NCBI GenBank assembly: GCA_965279375.1 | Contig: OZ257156.1 | Span: 3,200,001-3,264,000 of the forward strand | Reading direction: 5' to 3' | Length of the DNA: 64,000 nucleotides | Origin: Gemmatimonas sp. | Lineage (GTDB): Bacteria > Gemmatimonadota > Gemmatimonadetes > Gemmatimonadales > Gemmatimonadaceae | In this document: piece by piece, positions 30,101 through 39,369 of the stretch | Layout: each line of letters starts with the position of its first letter | Numbering within the stretch: the stretch's first letter is position 1 | Made by a program: the position numbers and the translations under genes | The notes under the pieces: generated by a model | What the model was told of the DNA's origin: nothing | Seen by the model: only the letters and a program-made list of their open reading frames with translations | Database searches by the model: none

Positions 30101-30312
30101 TGACGCTCGACGTGTTCAATGCCGCGGCGCTGATCAACCACAACTGGGGCGCGGTCGTGGTGGTGCCGGGCGCCAACCAGACGCTGCTCAACGTGATCGG
30201 CTTCGATCAGACCACGCGCGAGTATCGGTACCGCGTGAACCCGAACTTCGGTCGGACGGTCAAGACGGGGAATCGCTACCAGATGCAACTGGGCGTGCGG
30301 TACCAGTTCTAG
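27112..30312 (+). CDS. TonB-dependent receptor, Oar-like, with N-terminal carboxypeptidase-regulatory-like domain
   Basis: Signal peptide; GTV....GAPVVGATVTARN..TG; LPI..R.F.DL plug; EAVREFEV; C-terminal QLGVRYQF. Confidence 0.9.
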   Translation: MLLSLLSNRRRLAPLALLFTLGGTAKAVAAQATEGFVAGTVRAAAGAPVVGATVTARNEATGTQQVRQTDARGRYVFAQLPIGGPYTLSVRQLGFRPARRTGLMLNLGDRVALDISLDVSATELAAIDVKADRESKRAERVGGSTVVTEKEIRQLPIQDRSFADLSILAPTTSRAGTGGIITSSSSIAGGRVSGTDIRVDGVQAKNTIWGAGFGRGPYSISVEAVREFEVVTNVYDVTQGRQGAGAVNVATRAGTNTTTGSLFVYNRNQDFTTKTNFLGQNITKFDNLQFGGALGGALVKDKLHYFVAYDRQQVAEPFSTLQVENNADWARLQVAPDSVARFLDILRRSYGLPTGKQAGTFDRGNTLNTVFTRLDWQLNDAHRATFRTTYSDFFYDNSIPDRELSVFESRGNQKSREIQSMASVKSNLPGAWTNDARLAYTNRILQNEPNTRLPRGWVNVSSALPNGGTGANQILQFGGQRTSPELQTEESYQLVDVLRWDRDNSAFTFGTDHSLNNLSMFVSIETDGLFQFANLAALEAKRPSSFARLVPLKELEPRMRQWVYDGGVFAQGEFRLRPNLNVTAGLRADMTAFLTGGNPNANVEAAFGKRTDVKPTDIALQPRAQLTWTPGTSGKNLVRLGSGYFTAQPHYMAHINNLLNDGSQLADVLLTGAAVPTPDFNAYRQSFANTPGIPQGSGARPAYINMFGPDFKVPRTWKSDIAYQRRLFNGNLTLGAAAQYAHTSELYRYVDLNLRATPDFTLANEGNRSVFVPATSITATGGRNPVLARPFAQFQRVLELRSDAGQHQKAAFIDASLRLPRNGSISGSFTLNETRDNSSFNCCIAITSVFTPVPSDPRVATWGASGTDFRHKLVLYGATPEIGGFQLSARVIGQSGSPWSATVAQDINGDDVGAGSSFGNQNDLAYIFNPATPGLRQGFADSLRLVYNNPQNIGGEYLQANIGRIADRNTIRNPFVTQVDVRVSQKLPTLRGQRAELTLDVFNAAALINHNWGAVVVVPGANQTLLNVIGFDQTTREYRYRVNPNFGRTVKTGNRYQMQLGVRYQF

Positions 30313-30340
30313 CCAGCGTCCCCAAGCGGCTGTCCAACAA

Positions 30341-30380
30341 CAACGCCCCCGAATCGGCTGGTGCCGGTTCGGGGGCGTTG
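30341..30380. terminator. Long hairpin between convergent TonB receptor and tRNA-Gln (likely bidirectional terminator)
   Basis: CAACGCCCCCGAATCGGC-TGGT-GCCGGTTCGGGGGCGTTG, 18-bp stem with one irregular pair. Confidence 0.75.
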
Positions 30381-30400
30381 CGCGTTGCGTTCATAACCCA

Positions 30401-30472
30401 TAGGCCCTGATGGAATCGAACCATCATCATCGGCTTCAAAGGCCGAGGTAATAGCCGTTATACGAAGGGCCA
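30401..30472 (-). tRNA. tRNA-Gln (anticodon UUG), CCA not encoded
   Basis: Hand-folded cloverleaf: acceptor TGGCCCT/AGGGCCT, D arm GTA..TAC with GG, anticodon stem TCGGC/GCCGA with loop CTTTGAA, T arm GATGG-TTCGATT-CCATC. Confidence 0.93.
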
Positions 30473-30517
30473 AGCGAAGTCGTAGAGTATTGGGGGGCGT
30501 GGTCGCTGCGCCAGTCC

Positions 30518-31927
30518 CTACGGTCGCTTGGAGGGCATCGAACCAACCGCGACGGGTGCGGTGGCGGGCGTCGTGCTGCGCTCCGCGCGCTCCCAGTCGT
30601 GCATGGGGAGGGCGTCACGTGCGCGGACCCCGTCGGCGAAGGGCCCGAGCAGGTGCACGATGCTGTTAGCGTAGTACGTGATGAGCGGGCGGCCTTTGGG
30701 AAGAATCAGGAAGCCATCGCCGGTACGCGCAATCACACGGCGCATGCGCAACATGCGGTACGCCCGATCGAACGTTTCGCCGATGTCGCGATCGGCACGA
30801 ACGACGCGACCGTTGAGTTCCATGAGCACGTCACGCATCGCGGCCATGCGCTCGAGCAGCTGCGTGCGCGTAACGAAGTCTGCGTCGAAGCTCTGCAGCG
30901 CGGCGCAGGCCAGGGGGACCGGCGTGACGGGAATGATCGCGCCAATGCGATCGAGCACATCATCGCAGAAGCGCTGGACCGCGGGAAGACGTTCGGCACG
31001 CGGCATATCGAACAGCGCGGTGCCGTCCGCCTCGACCTGTTTGAGCCACGTATCCACCGATAGCGGCGCGCCGATCGTGACGGCAGCACGACCGTACTTG
31101 CGCCAGCGCCCCGTCAACAGCCGAGCCGAATTGTAGAACACGAAGCGACTCACTTCGCGGAGCTGTGCCCAGCGCGAAGTGACCGGGCGATCTGCCTTGG
31201 CCTCGAGTTCGCGCAGCAGCGAGCGGTCCTCGATCACGCGATCGTAGTTGATCCCGACCGGCACGACGTACATGCGCGAACGCACACCGGGCTCACGAGC
31301 GACACCAAGTGCGTAGTCGAGCAGGCCGATCTTGCCCGGGCGCAGCGCGCCATCGCGTGTGAGGCCGCCCTCTGGGAAGACACCCTGCGTCACGCTGTTG
31401 CGCGTGATGAGCTGCACGTACGCCTCGAGGACGGCATGATACAGCGGCTCGCGATAGCGACGGCGAATGAAGTACGAGCCGAAACTCTTGAAGACGAACT
31501 CCAGCGGAAACGCGCGTGCCCACTCGCCGACGGCATACGAAATGGAAACGTCTCCCATCATCACGTAGGCCACGAGCACATAGTCCGCGTTGGAGCGGTG
31601 GTTCATCAGGTAGATGACCACCGAATCGCGCGGCAGCCCGCGAAACGGATCGGGGCGTTCGTACTCCACCGACACCTTGTAGAACAAGCCAAGCACGGCG
31701 CGGCTGACGTAGTAGCCGAGGTGGTAGTAGGCGAGAATGTTGAAGAAGGGGACGATCTCGTCGAGATAGCGTCTGACCCGTTGCCACGTGACGGCGGTCT
31801 CTTCGCCGTTCGCTTCGGCGTGCGCGCGTACTGCTGCCGCAACTTCCGGGGACTGCAACAGCTGCTCGACGACGAATCGTTTGCGCGTCAGCTTGAAGTG
31901 ATTGACGTCAATGCCGCGCCCCGCCAT
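30518..31927 (-). CDS. PlsB/PlsC-superfamily glycerolipid acyltransferase
   Basis: NHRSNADY (HX4D), YFIRR, VFPEGGLTRDG, VPVGINYDRV. Confidence 0.85.
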   Translation of the reverse strand: MAGRGIDVNHFKLTRKRFVVEQLLQSPEVAAAVRAHAEANGEETAVTWQRVRRYLDEIVPFFNILAYYHLGYYVSRAVLGLFYKVSVEYERPDPFRGLPRDSVVIYLMNHRSNADYVLVAYVMMGDVSISYAVGEWARAFPLEFVFKSFGSYFIRRRYREPLYHAVLEAYVQLITRNSVTQGVFPEGGLTRDGALRPGKIGLLDYALGVAREPGVRSRMYVVPVGINYDRVIEDRSLLRELEAKADRPVTSRWAQLREVSRFVFYNSARLLTGRWRKYGRAAVTIGAPLSVDTWLKQVEADGTALFDMPRAERLPAVQRFCDDVLDRIGAIIPVTPVPLACAALQSFDADFVTRTQLLERMAAMRDVLMELNGRVVRADRDIGETFDRAYRMLRMRRVIARTGDGFLILPKGRPLITYYANSIVHLLGPFADGVRARDALPMHDWERAERSTTPATAPVAVGSMPSKRP

Positions 31928-31935
31928 CGCACGCC

Positions 31936-32850
31936 CTACGCGAGCGCGTCGAGCGGCCAGAGCCAGGCCGCGCCGCGCACCCCGCTCGAGTCACCATGCA
32001 CGTTGCGGACGATGCGCGTATTGACCGCATCGGAGAACACCCAGCGCGGCAGCGCCTTCGTCACATCCTCGGCGAGATGGGGTGTGTTGGACATACCGCC
32101 GCCGAGCACGATGATGTCCGGGTCGAGCAGGTTGATGACCGAGGCGAGTGCACGGGCAAGACGATCGTGATAGCGCGTGAGCGTTTCGACGGCTTGCGCG
32201 TCACCCGCTGCGGCGAGTGCGTTGATCTCGCGGGCCGGCAGCATCTGCCCCGCGCGTTCGGCGTAGTCGCGCTGGAAGCCCGGGCCGGACAGCCATGACT
32301 CGATGCACCCCGACTTGCCGCAATAGCAGGACGGGCCGGGACGCTCATCGTCCTGCGGCCACGGCAGCGGGTTGTGGCCCCACTCGCCGGCGATGAGGTT
32401 GGCGCCCACGAGGCATTCGCCATTCACGACGATGCCACCGCCCACGCCTGTGCCCAGAATGACGCCGAAGACCACCGGCGCGCCGACGGCGCCGCCATCA
32501 CCGGCTTCGGAGAGGGCGAAGCAGTTGGCGTCGTTGGCGAGGCGGACCTGTCGGGTGAGTCGTTCCTCGAGGTCGAGGCCGAGCGGCTGCCCGATGAGCC
32601 AGACGGAGTTGGCGTTCTTGACGAGCCCCGTCTCGGGGACGACCGCGCCAGGAATGCCCACGCCGACCGTCGCCGATCCGGGCGACACGTGTGCGGCGTG
32701 CTCCAGTTCGTCCACGAGCGTGGCGATGGCGTGGACTGTCTCTTTGTACGAGCGCGGGGTGGGGACACGGAGCCGGGCGAGTGCTTCGCCGGATCTGGCG
32801 AGAGCGATGCCCTCGATTTTGGTGCCGCCGAGATCGATACCGATACGCAT
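31936..32850 (-). CDS. ROK family sugar kinase (Mak / manno-fructokinase-like)
   Basis: MRIGIDLGGTKIE, ANDANCFALSEA, GTGVGGG, GEWGHNPLPW, CYCGKSGCIE, HGDSSGVRGAAWLW. Confidence 0.92.
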   Translation of the reverse strand: MRIGIDLGGTKIEGIALARSGEALARLRVPTPRSYKETVHAIATLVDELEHAAHVSPGSATVGVGIPGAVVPETGLVKNANSVWLIGQPLGLDLEERLTRQVRLANDANCFALSEAGDGGAVGAPVVFGVILGTGVGGGIVVNGECLVGANLIAGEWGHNPLPWPQDDERPGPSCYCGKSGCIESWLSGPGFQRDYAERAGQMLPAREINALAAAGDAQAVETLTRYHDRLARALASVINLLDPDIIVLGGGMSNTPHLAEDVTKALPRWVFSDAVNTRIVRNVHGDSSGVRGAAWLWPLDALA

Positions 32851-32985
32851 GATGAGGGCCAGAGTGGCGCGGTGCCGCGCCCGAGGCAAGGGGCGCGGGT
32901 ACGGCAGGAGTTCTGCCTGTGCGGCAGCGCCGTCTGGAAGTAGTTTGGCCGCATGCATGCTGAATGGGTTCTGAAGCGTTCCGCG

Positions 32986-34578
32986 ATGGTCCGGCCAGTA
33001 CAACGCGCGGTGCGTGCGACCGCTGCTGCGGTCCTGCTTTCATCCTCGTTGGCGCTCGCGGCTTGCGGTGGCGGCGGCGACACGCCGACCGCGCCCGTAA
33101 CGCCGCCGCCGGTCGTACCTCCCACGCCGCCCGCACCGGTCACGGTCCCGGCGCTGACGCGCGAATTCCGCGGGTTGTGGATCGCGACGGTGGCGAACAT
33201 CGACTGGCCGTCGAGCTCCGGGCTCTCCATCGCCGCGCAGCAAGCGGAGCTGGTTGCGATTCTCAACCTGGCCCGTGCCACGGGGCTCAATGCCGTCGTA
33301 CTGCAGGTCCGCGCGAATGGCGATGCCTTGTACCAGTCCACACTGGAACCGTGGGCGCGCTCGCTGACAGGCACGCAAGGCACCAACCCGGGGTGGGATC
33401 CACTCTCATTTGCGGTGTCGCAAGCGCATGCGCGCGGTCTCGAACTGCACGCGTGGTTCAATCCGTTTCGCGCGGGCAACCTGAGCGACACGCTGCGCAT
33501 GGACGCGATGCACTTCGCCAAGCGGCGGCCGGATCTCGCGCGGGCGTACTGCTCGCAGCTGTGGTTCGATCCCGGCGAAACGGCCGTGCACGATCAGGCG
33601 ATTGCAGTCGTGCAGGACGTCGTGCGCCGCTACGCGGTCGATGCCGTACATCTGGACGATTTCTTCTATCCGTATCCTGAAACGCGTTGTCCGTCACTGC
33701 AATTTCCCGACAGCGCCGGATTCGCGCGCTATCGCACGGCGGGGGGATCGCTCGCGCGTGACGATTGGCGACGCGACAACGTGAATCGCTTTGTCGAGCG
33801 ACTGTATGGGGCCGTGCGCGCCGAATCACGAACGGTGCGGGTGGGCATCAGTCCATTCGGTATCTGGCGGCCTGGCAATCCGGCCGGGATCACCGGTCTC
33901 GACGCATACGGCTCGATCTACGCCGACTCTCGGCAGTGGCTGCAGCGCGGCTGGGTGGACTACTTCGCGCCGCAGCTCTACTGGTCGATCGCGTCGACGG
34001 GACAGAGTTTTCCAGCGTTGCTGGACTGGTGGTCACAGCAGAACACGCTGCGCCGGCACCTGTGGCCCGGACTAGCCGCATATCGTGTCGCCGACGGCAC
34101 CTCCAGTTCCTTCGGAGCCGGAGAGATCAACTCGCAGGTGCTCCTGGCTCGCGGACGGAGCGGCGCTGCGGGTGGCCCCACGGGAACGGTGTTGTACAAC
34201 ACGACGTCGTTGCGGCTGAACCGCGACGGGTTGGCCACGTTGCTCACGGGCGGCGCGTATGCTGCGGCGGCGCTGGTTCCGGCTTCCACGTGGCTGGATG
34301 CGACGGTGCCGTCGGCGCCGTCGCTGACGGTTGCAGCGGTGTCCGGACAGGGGACGATTTGGCGAGTGAACATCGCGGGAGATGGTGGCAAACCGTTGTC
34401 ATGGTGGGCGGTTCGCTGGCGCAACGGCAATAATTGGTCGATGCGCGTGGTGAGCGCCGATGAGCGAACGGTGGACGTACCGAACACGGCTGGTGGCGTG
34501 GGGACCGATGCCATCGCGGTGCACGCGGTGGATCGCGCGGGCAACGCAAGCGACGCGGCGGTGTGGCGCGCGCCGTAG
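32986..34578 (+). CDS. GHL10 (YddW/DigH-like) glycoside hydrolase lipoprotein
   Basis: LAAC lipobox, Pro-rich linker, REFRGLWIATVANIDWPS, ELHAWFNPFR, HLDDFFYPYP, GISPFGIW, PQLYW. Confidence 0.9.
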   Translation: MVRPVQRAVRATAAAVLLSSSLALAACGGGGDTPTAPVTPPPVVPPTPPAPVTVPALTREFRGLWIATVANIDWPSSSGLSIAAQQAELVAILNLARATGLNAVVLQVRANGDALYQSTLEPWARSLTGTQGTNPGWDPLSFAVSQAHARGLELHAWFNPFRAGNLSDTLRMDAMHFAKRRPDLARAYCSQLWFDPGETAVHDQAIAVVQDVVRRYAVDAVHLDDFFYPYPETRCPSLQFPDSAGFARYRTAGGSLARDDWRRDNVNRFVERLYGAVRAESRTVRVGISPFGIWRPGNPAGITGLDAYGSIYADSRQWLQRGWVDYFAPQLYWSIASTGQSFPALLDWWSQQNTLRRHLWPGLAAYRVADGTSSSFGAGEINSQVLLARGRSGAAGGPTGTVLYNTTSLRLNRDGLATLLTGGAYAAAALVPASTWLDATVPSAPSLTVAAVSGQGTIWRVNIAGDGGKPLSWWAVRWRNGNNWSMRVVSADERTVDVPNTAGGVGTDAIAVHAVDRAGNASDAAVWRAP

Positions 34579-34728
34579 CCCACGGGTCATGCGGTTGATG
34601 GGATTTGCTACATGTGGCAGCGCCACGGCGAGTTGTGCTCGCGGCGGCGGCGCTGCTGGTTCCGGAGGTGACGTGCCGCGACGCAGTGGCGTGTCTTGCG
34701 CTGGTATCTCACGCTTCACGTCGCTCTG

Positions 34729-37401
34729 ATGCTGTCTTCTCCTCGCGTGCGTTGGTACTCCGCAAGCATTCTCACCGCCGTTGTCGGCGCGGTGATCACG
34801 GTGGTCGTGTACCGAAGGACGGGGGTGGGCTACCCGTTCATCGCCGGCTGGACGATGCTGCTCGTGCTGCTGGGCGGCGCGGGGCCGTCGTTGGTGGCGG
34901 GGTGGGGCACGATGGCTTTGGCGTGCCTGATCAATCAGGGCCCGTCCATCTTCGTCTCCACGCGCGCGGACCTCGTACGCGCCGGTGCGAGCACAATCAT
35001 GATTGCGGGCGCGTCCTTTTTGGCGGAGTTGTGGCGGCGTAGTCGCATGGCGGCGGAGGAGCGAGAGGCGCGCGTGCGCGAGGGTGCATCGTCGCTGCAG
35101 GAGTTGCTGGACGGCCTGACGGATGGCGTGCTGCTCACTGACGCCGAGTTCCGGGCGACGTACGCCAACGCGCAGTTGCTCGAGATTCTGGGCATGTCGC
35201 GCGACCAGCTTATTGGTCGTTCGTGGGAGCAATTGCGCTCGATGGCCGACATCAACGGCGCACCGCTGGAGCTCTCGTCGCTCGCAGAGCGTGAGTCGGT
35301 GCTGGTGGAACGCGTCGTGCACCGCCTGGATGGCAGTTCGACGATCGTCGAGGCGTCGATACGCATGCTCCCCGGCGGACGTGTGTTGGCCTCCGTGCGC
35401 GACATCAGCGAGCGGCGACGGGCGCAGGAGCGGCAGCAGGCCGAGCGCAATCTTCTGGACGGCATTCTCGCGACGAGTGTGGCGGGCGTGCTGGTGGTGG
35501 ATCTCGACGGTGAGATCACGTTCGCCAATCGTCGCGCCGAAGAGGTGCTGGAACTCACCCGCACGGAACACGGCACGCAGCGATACGCGAAGCCCGAGTG
35601 GGAAACCGCCAGTCTTGATGGCACGCCCTGGACCACCGAGCAACGGCCGTCGTCGCGCGTGAAGGCCACGAATGCGCCTGTGTTCGACGTGCGTCACGCG
35701 ATCGACTTTCCCGACGGACGGCGACTCGTGCTCTCAGTGAATGCCGCGCCGCTCAACGCGGAGGATGGCAGCATTCGCGCGATCGTCGTGGTCGTCTCCG
35801 ACATCACCGAGGCAATCACGGCCGCGCAGGCGATTCAGGAGCGCGATGCGCAGCTCGCGCGCATCACGGAAGCGATTCCGGGAATGGTGTACCAGTACTG
35901 GCTCGACAGCAGCGGCTATGAGCGCTTTCTCTATGCGAGTCGTTACTCGATGACGCTGCTGGAGCAGCCACCTGAAGCGATCGTCGCCGATGCGTCGTTG
36001 GGCTGGTCGTTGATGCACCCCGAAGATGTGCCTGAGGTGCGGAGAACGGTCGCGATTTCGTTCAGCACTCTCGAGCCGTGGATGCACGAGTTCCGCATGC
36101 GCGATCCCAGATCGCCGGAGCACTGGCGCTGGATTTCCGCACGCGCGATCCCGGAGCGAGTCGAAGGCATGGATGCCGTCGTCTGGGCGGGGATCATGCT
36201 CGACGTGACGGAGCGCAAGCAGCTCGAGGACGAACTGCGACAGGCGCAGAAGATGGAGAGCGTGGGCCGGCTCGCGGGCGGAATCGCGCACGATTTCAAC
36301 AATCTGCTCACCGCAATTCTCGGTCACGCCGAGTTGCTGGCGCTCGATGCACCGTCAACCGGTGACTTCGCCGAAAGCATCGAGCAGATCCGCGCCGCGG
36401 CCGAGTCAGGAAGTGCGCTCACTCGGCAGTTGTTGGGCTTTGCGCGCAAACAGGTCGTCGCGCCGCAGCTCGTCGAGGTGAATGCGAGTGTGCGCCGACT
36501 TCCGTCGCTCATGCGCCGGTTGCTGAGCGACAACGTCGCGATCGACGTGACGCTCGATGAGGCGGTCGGGCACGTGCGCATCGATCCAGCGCAACTCGAT
36601 CAGGTGCTGATGAATCTGGCCGTGAACTCGATGGACGCGATGCCGTCGGGAGGTCAGCTCCAACTTACGACGTCGCGCATCGATGCGTCCGCCCGCACCG
36701 GCGAGCTTGCCGCCGCAGCGCCGGGTTCGCTCGTTCAGATTCTGGTGACGGACAGTGGACACGGCATGAGCGACGATGTGCGCCGGCGCGCGTTCGAACC
36801 GTTCTTCACCACCAAGGCGCAAGGCAAGGGCACCGGACTGGGCCTGGCGACCAGCTACGGCATCATCTCCCAAGCCGGCGGCGTCATTCTCATCGACAGC
36901 ACCGTCGGACGCGGTACGACCGTTCGCCTCTGTTTGCCCGAGGCGATGGATCCGGTTCCGCCTGCGCCCAGCGAGGCGATGCCGCTCGGGCGTGCAGCAC
37001 TCGGTGGCTCGGCGCACGAAGGTCGCGAGACCGTCCTCGTTGTTGACGACGACGAGCGCGTGCGCCAGATCACTGCAGAGTCGCTGCGCCGGTTCGGGTA
37101 CGTTGTGCTCACGGCGGAGAGTGGCGCGGCGGCGATAGATCTGTCGCGTGGCGAACCGGGGCGCATCGACCTGCTGGTGACCGATGTGGTAATGCCGGGC
37201 ATGAGCGGTCGTGAACTCGCTGACGTGCTGCAGCGAGAGCGACCGGCGATTCGCGTACTGTTCGTCTCAGGCTACACTGGAGGCGCCATCGAGCATCATG
37301 GCGTGATCGAGGCTGGGCTCTCGTTCTTGCAGAAGCCATATGATCGGGCCGAGCTGGCGAGGCATGTGCGCGCGCTGCTCGACGCGGCATCGCCGCTGTA
37401 A
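34729..37401 (+). CDS. Membrane-anchored multi-PAS hybrid sensor histidine kinase / response regulator
   Basis: N-terminal TMs, three PAS-like segments, [22 protein letters not shown]-box, GTGLGL, receiver VVDD..DVVMP..KPY. Confidence 0.92.
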   Translation: MLSSPRVRWYSASILTAVVGAVITVVVYRRTGVGYPFIAGWTMLLVLLGGAGPSLVAGWGTMALACLINQGPSIFVSTRADLVRAGASTIMIAGASFLAELWRRSRMAAEEREARVREGASSLQELLDGLTDGVLLTDAEFRATYANAQLLEILGMSRDQLIGRSWEQLRSMADINGAPLELSSLAERESVLVERVVHRLDGSSTIVEASIRMLPGGRVLASVRDISERRRAQERQQAERNLLDGILATSVAGVLVVDLDGEITFANRRAEEVLELTRTEHGTQRYAKPEWETASLDGTPWTTEQRPSSRVKATNAPVFDVRHAIDFPDGRRLVLSVNAAPLNAEDGSIRAIVVVVSDITEAITAAQAIQERDAQLARITEAIPGMVYQYWLDSSGYERFLYASRYSMTLLEQPPEAIVADASLGWSLMHPEDVPEVRRTVAISFSTLEPWMHEFRMRDPRSPEHWRWISARAIPERVEGMDAVVWAGIMLDVTERKQLEDELRQAQKMESVGRLAGGIAHDFNNLLTAILGHAELLALDAPSTGDFAESIEQIRAAAESGSALTRQLLGFARKQVVAPQLVEVNASVRRLPSLMRRLLSDNVAIDVTLDEAVGHVRIDPAQLDQVLMNLAVNSMDAMPSGGQLQLTTSRIDASARTGELAAAAPGSLVQILVTDSGHGMSDDVRRRAFEPFFTTKAQGKGTGLGLATSYGIISQAGGVILIDSTVGRGTTVRLCLPEAMDPVPPAPSEAMPLGRAALGGSAHEGRETVLVVDDDERVRQITAESLRRFGYVVLTAESGAAAIDLSRGEPGRIDLLVTDVVMPGMSGRELADVLQRERPAIRVLFVSGYTGGAIEHHGVIEAGLSFLQKPYDRAELARHVRALLDAASPL

Positions 37402-37455
37402 CTCGCGTTCGTACGACGATTCCGTTTCAGCGTTACCCACTTCTTCGAGGTGTGC

Positions 37456-39342
37456 ATGCGACTGATGACAACGTGGTGCGTCGGCTTGCTGGCGCTCGCG
37501 GCGAGTGTGCCGCGCGTGGTAGACGCTCAAGTCCCTGCGGGAACATCCGCGACTGCCGCAGCCACGCGCTACTCGCCGGCGGACTACGTGCAGAGCTCGC
37601 ACGATATCTCAATGCGCGACGGCGTGACGCTGCATCTGGAAGTATTTGCGCCGCGGTCGATCGCGGAGCCACTGCCGTTCCTGCTGCAGCGCACGCCGTA
37701 CGGCGTTGGCGCAGCGGGGCTGCGATTGGCTGGGAGCTACAAGGAGTTGGCGGAGGATGGCTACATCTTCGTCTTTGCTGACATCCGAGGTCGCTACAAG
37801 TCGAACGGAACGTTCGTGATGCAGCGGCCGCCACGTCCGCTCGATGGCCCACAGACGGCGATCGACGAGAGCACCGACACGTACGACACCATTGCGTGGC
37901 TCGTCTCCAATATGCCGAGCAACAATGGGCGCGTTGGCATGCTGGGCGTGTCGTACGACGGTTGGACCGCCGCGATGGGCATGCTCGATCCGCATCCGGC
38001 ACTCAAGGCGGTGAGCCCGCAGGCGTCACCGGCGGACATGTTCATCGGCGACGACTTTCATCACAACGGGGCGTTCCGTCTGAGCTACGGCTTCGAGTAC
38101 GCGTTCCTGACCGAGGCGAGCAAGGAGAATTCGAACTTCACGTTCGATTCGTTCGATACGTACGAGTGGTATCTCAAGCTGGGGCCGTTGTCGAACGTGC
38201 AGTCGCGCTATCTGAAGGACAAGAAGCTCCCCACCTGGACTGACTTCGCGGAGCATCCCAACTACGACGCGTTCTGGCAGCGACAGGCGATGAAGCCGTA
38301 TCTCAAGCGCGTGACGATGCCGACGCTGAACGTGGCAGGGTGGTGGGATCAGGAAGACTTCTACGGCCCGGTCACCATCTATCGCGAGTTGGAGAAGCGC
38401 GACACACGCGGCGAGAACGCGCTGGTCGTTGGTCCGTGGTGGCACGGTGGATGGAGCAGCGGTCCCGGACAGAAGATCGGCGCCATCGATTTCAAGTCAG
38501 CGACGGGCGAGTACTACCGGCAGAAGATTCAGGCGCCGTTCTTCGCGCACTATCTCAAGGACGTTGGTCGCTACACGCCACCTGAAGCGACGGTGTTCGA
38601 GTCGGGGAGCAACACGTGGCGCACGTTCACCGCGTGGCCACCCAAGGAGGCGGTCACTCGATCGCTGTACTTCCGAGCGGACGGGCGACTGTCGTTCGAT
38701 GCGCCGACGGCCGCCGACGCCAATGGCGTGGATCGCTTCGTGAGCGATCCTGCGAAACCCGTTCCGTATCGCAAGCGGCCCATCGAGCCGACGTACAACC
38801 CGCAAGGTTCGGGGTGGCGGACGTGGCTGATGGAAGATCAGCGCTTCGTACAGAACCGCCCCGACGTACTGAGTTGGGAAACGGAGCCGCTCAAGGAAGA
38901 CGTGGTGGTCGCGGGTGACATCACGGCGCGACTGTTCGCCAGCACGACGGGACAGGACGCCGATTGGGTGGTGAAGCTGATCGATGTCTACCCGGAAGAC
39001 ATGCGCCCCGACTGGCAGCTGAGCGGCTACGAACTGATGGTGGCCAACGATGTGTTCCGCGGTCGCTTCCACAAGTCGTTCGAGCGCCCGGAACCGCTCG
39101 TGCCCAATCGTGTGACGCCCTTCACGGTGGATCTGCATACCCAGAGCTACCGGTTCCTCAAGGGGCACAAGATCATGGTGCAGGTGCAGAGCACTTGGTT
39201 TCCGCTCATCGATCGCAATCCGCAGACGTGGGTGCCCAACATCTTCCGCGCGAGTGCCAGCGACTACAGGGCGCAAACGCATTCCGTATGGCGCACACCG
39301 ACCAATGCCTCGCGCGTGGACATTCAGACCGTTGCACGATGA
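37456..39342 (+). CDS. CocE/NonD family serine hydrolase, alpha-amino acid ester hydrolase-like
   Basis: Signal peptide; MRDGV.L, RTPY, DIRGRYKS.G, GVSYDG nucleophile, GDDFHHNGAFR, WDQEDFYG, GPWWHG. Confidence 0.9.
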   Translation: MRLMTTWCVGLLALAASVPRVVDAQVPAGTSATAAATRYSPADYVQSSHDISMRDGVTLHLEVFAPRSIAEPLPFLLQRTPYGVGAAGLRLAGSYKELAEDGYIFVFADIRGRYKSNGTFVMQRPPRPLDGPQTAIDESTDTYDTIAWLVSNMPSNNGRVGMLGVSYDGWTAAMGMLDPHPALKAVSPQASPADMFIGDDFHHNGAFRLSYGFEYAFLTEASKENSNFTFDSFDTYEWYLKLGPLSNVQSRYLKDKKLPTWTDFAEHPNYDAFWQRQAMKPYLKRVTMPTLNVAGWWDQEDFYGPVTIYRELEKRDTRGENALVVGPWWHGGWSSGPGQKIGAIDFKSATGEYYRQKIQAPFFAHYLKDVGRYTPPEATVFESGSNTWRTFTAWPPKEAVTRSLYFRADGRLSFDAPTAADANGVDRFVSDPAKPVPYRKRPIEPTYNPQGSGWRTWLMEDQRFVQNRPDVLSWETEPLKEDVVVAGDITARLFASTTGQDADWVVKLIDVYPEDMRPDWQLSGYELMVANDVFRGRFHKSFERPEPLVPNRVTPFTVDLHTQSYRFLKGHKIMVQVQSTWFPLIDRNPQTWVPNIFRASASDYRAQTHSVWRTPTNASRVDIQTVAR

Positions 39343-39369
39343 GCACGCGCATTCGCTGAGGGCGATCGC

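Noticed and set aside
27085..30288. 1067-aa antisense ORF mirroring the TonB receptor, and similar shadow ORFs (7465-8949, 11802-13613, 13662-15362, 19388-21421, 62189-63805)
   Set aside because: Arg/His/Val-rich, no motifs, and in register with real genes; expected from strong GC3 bias that removes antisense stops.
30380..30472. Active genomic island or prophage at tRNA-Gln
   Set aside because: No integrase, phage genes or duplicated tRNA 3' end found.
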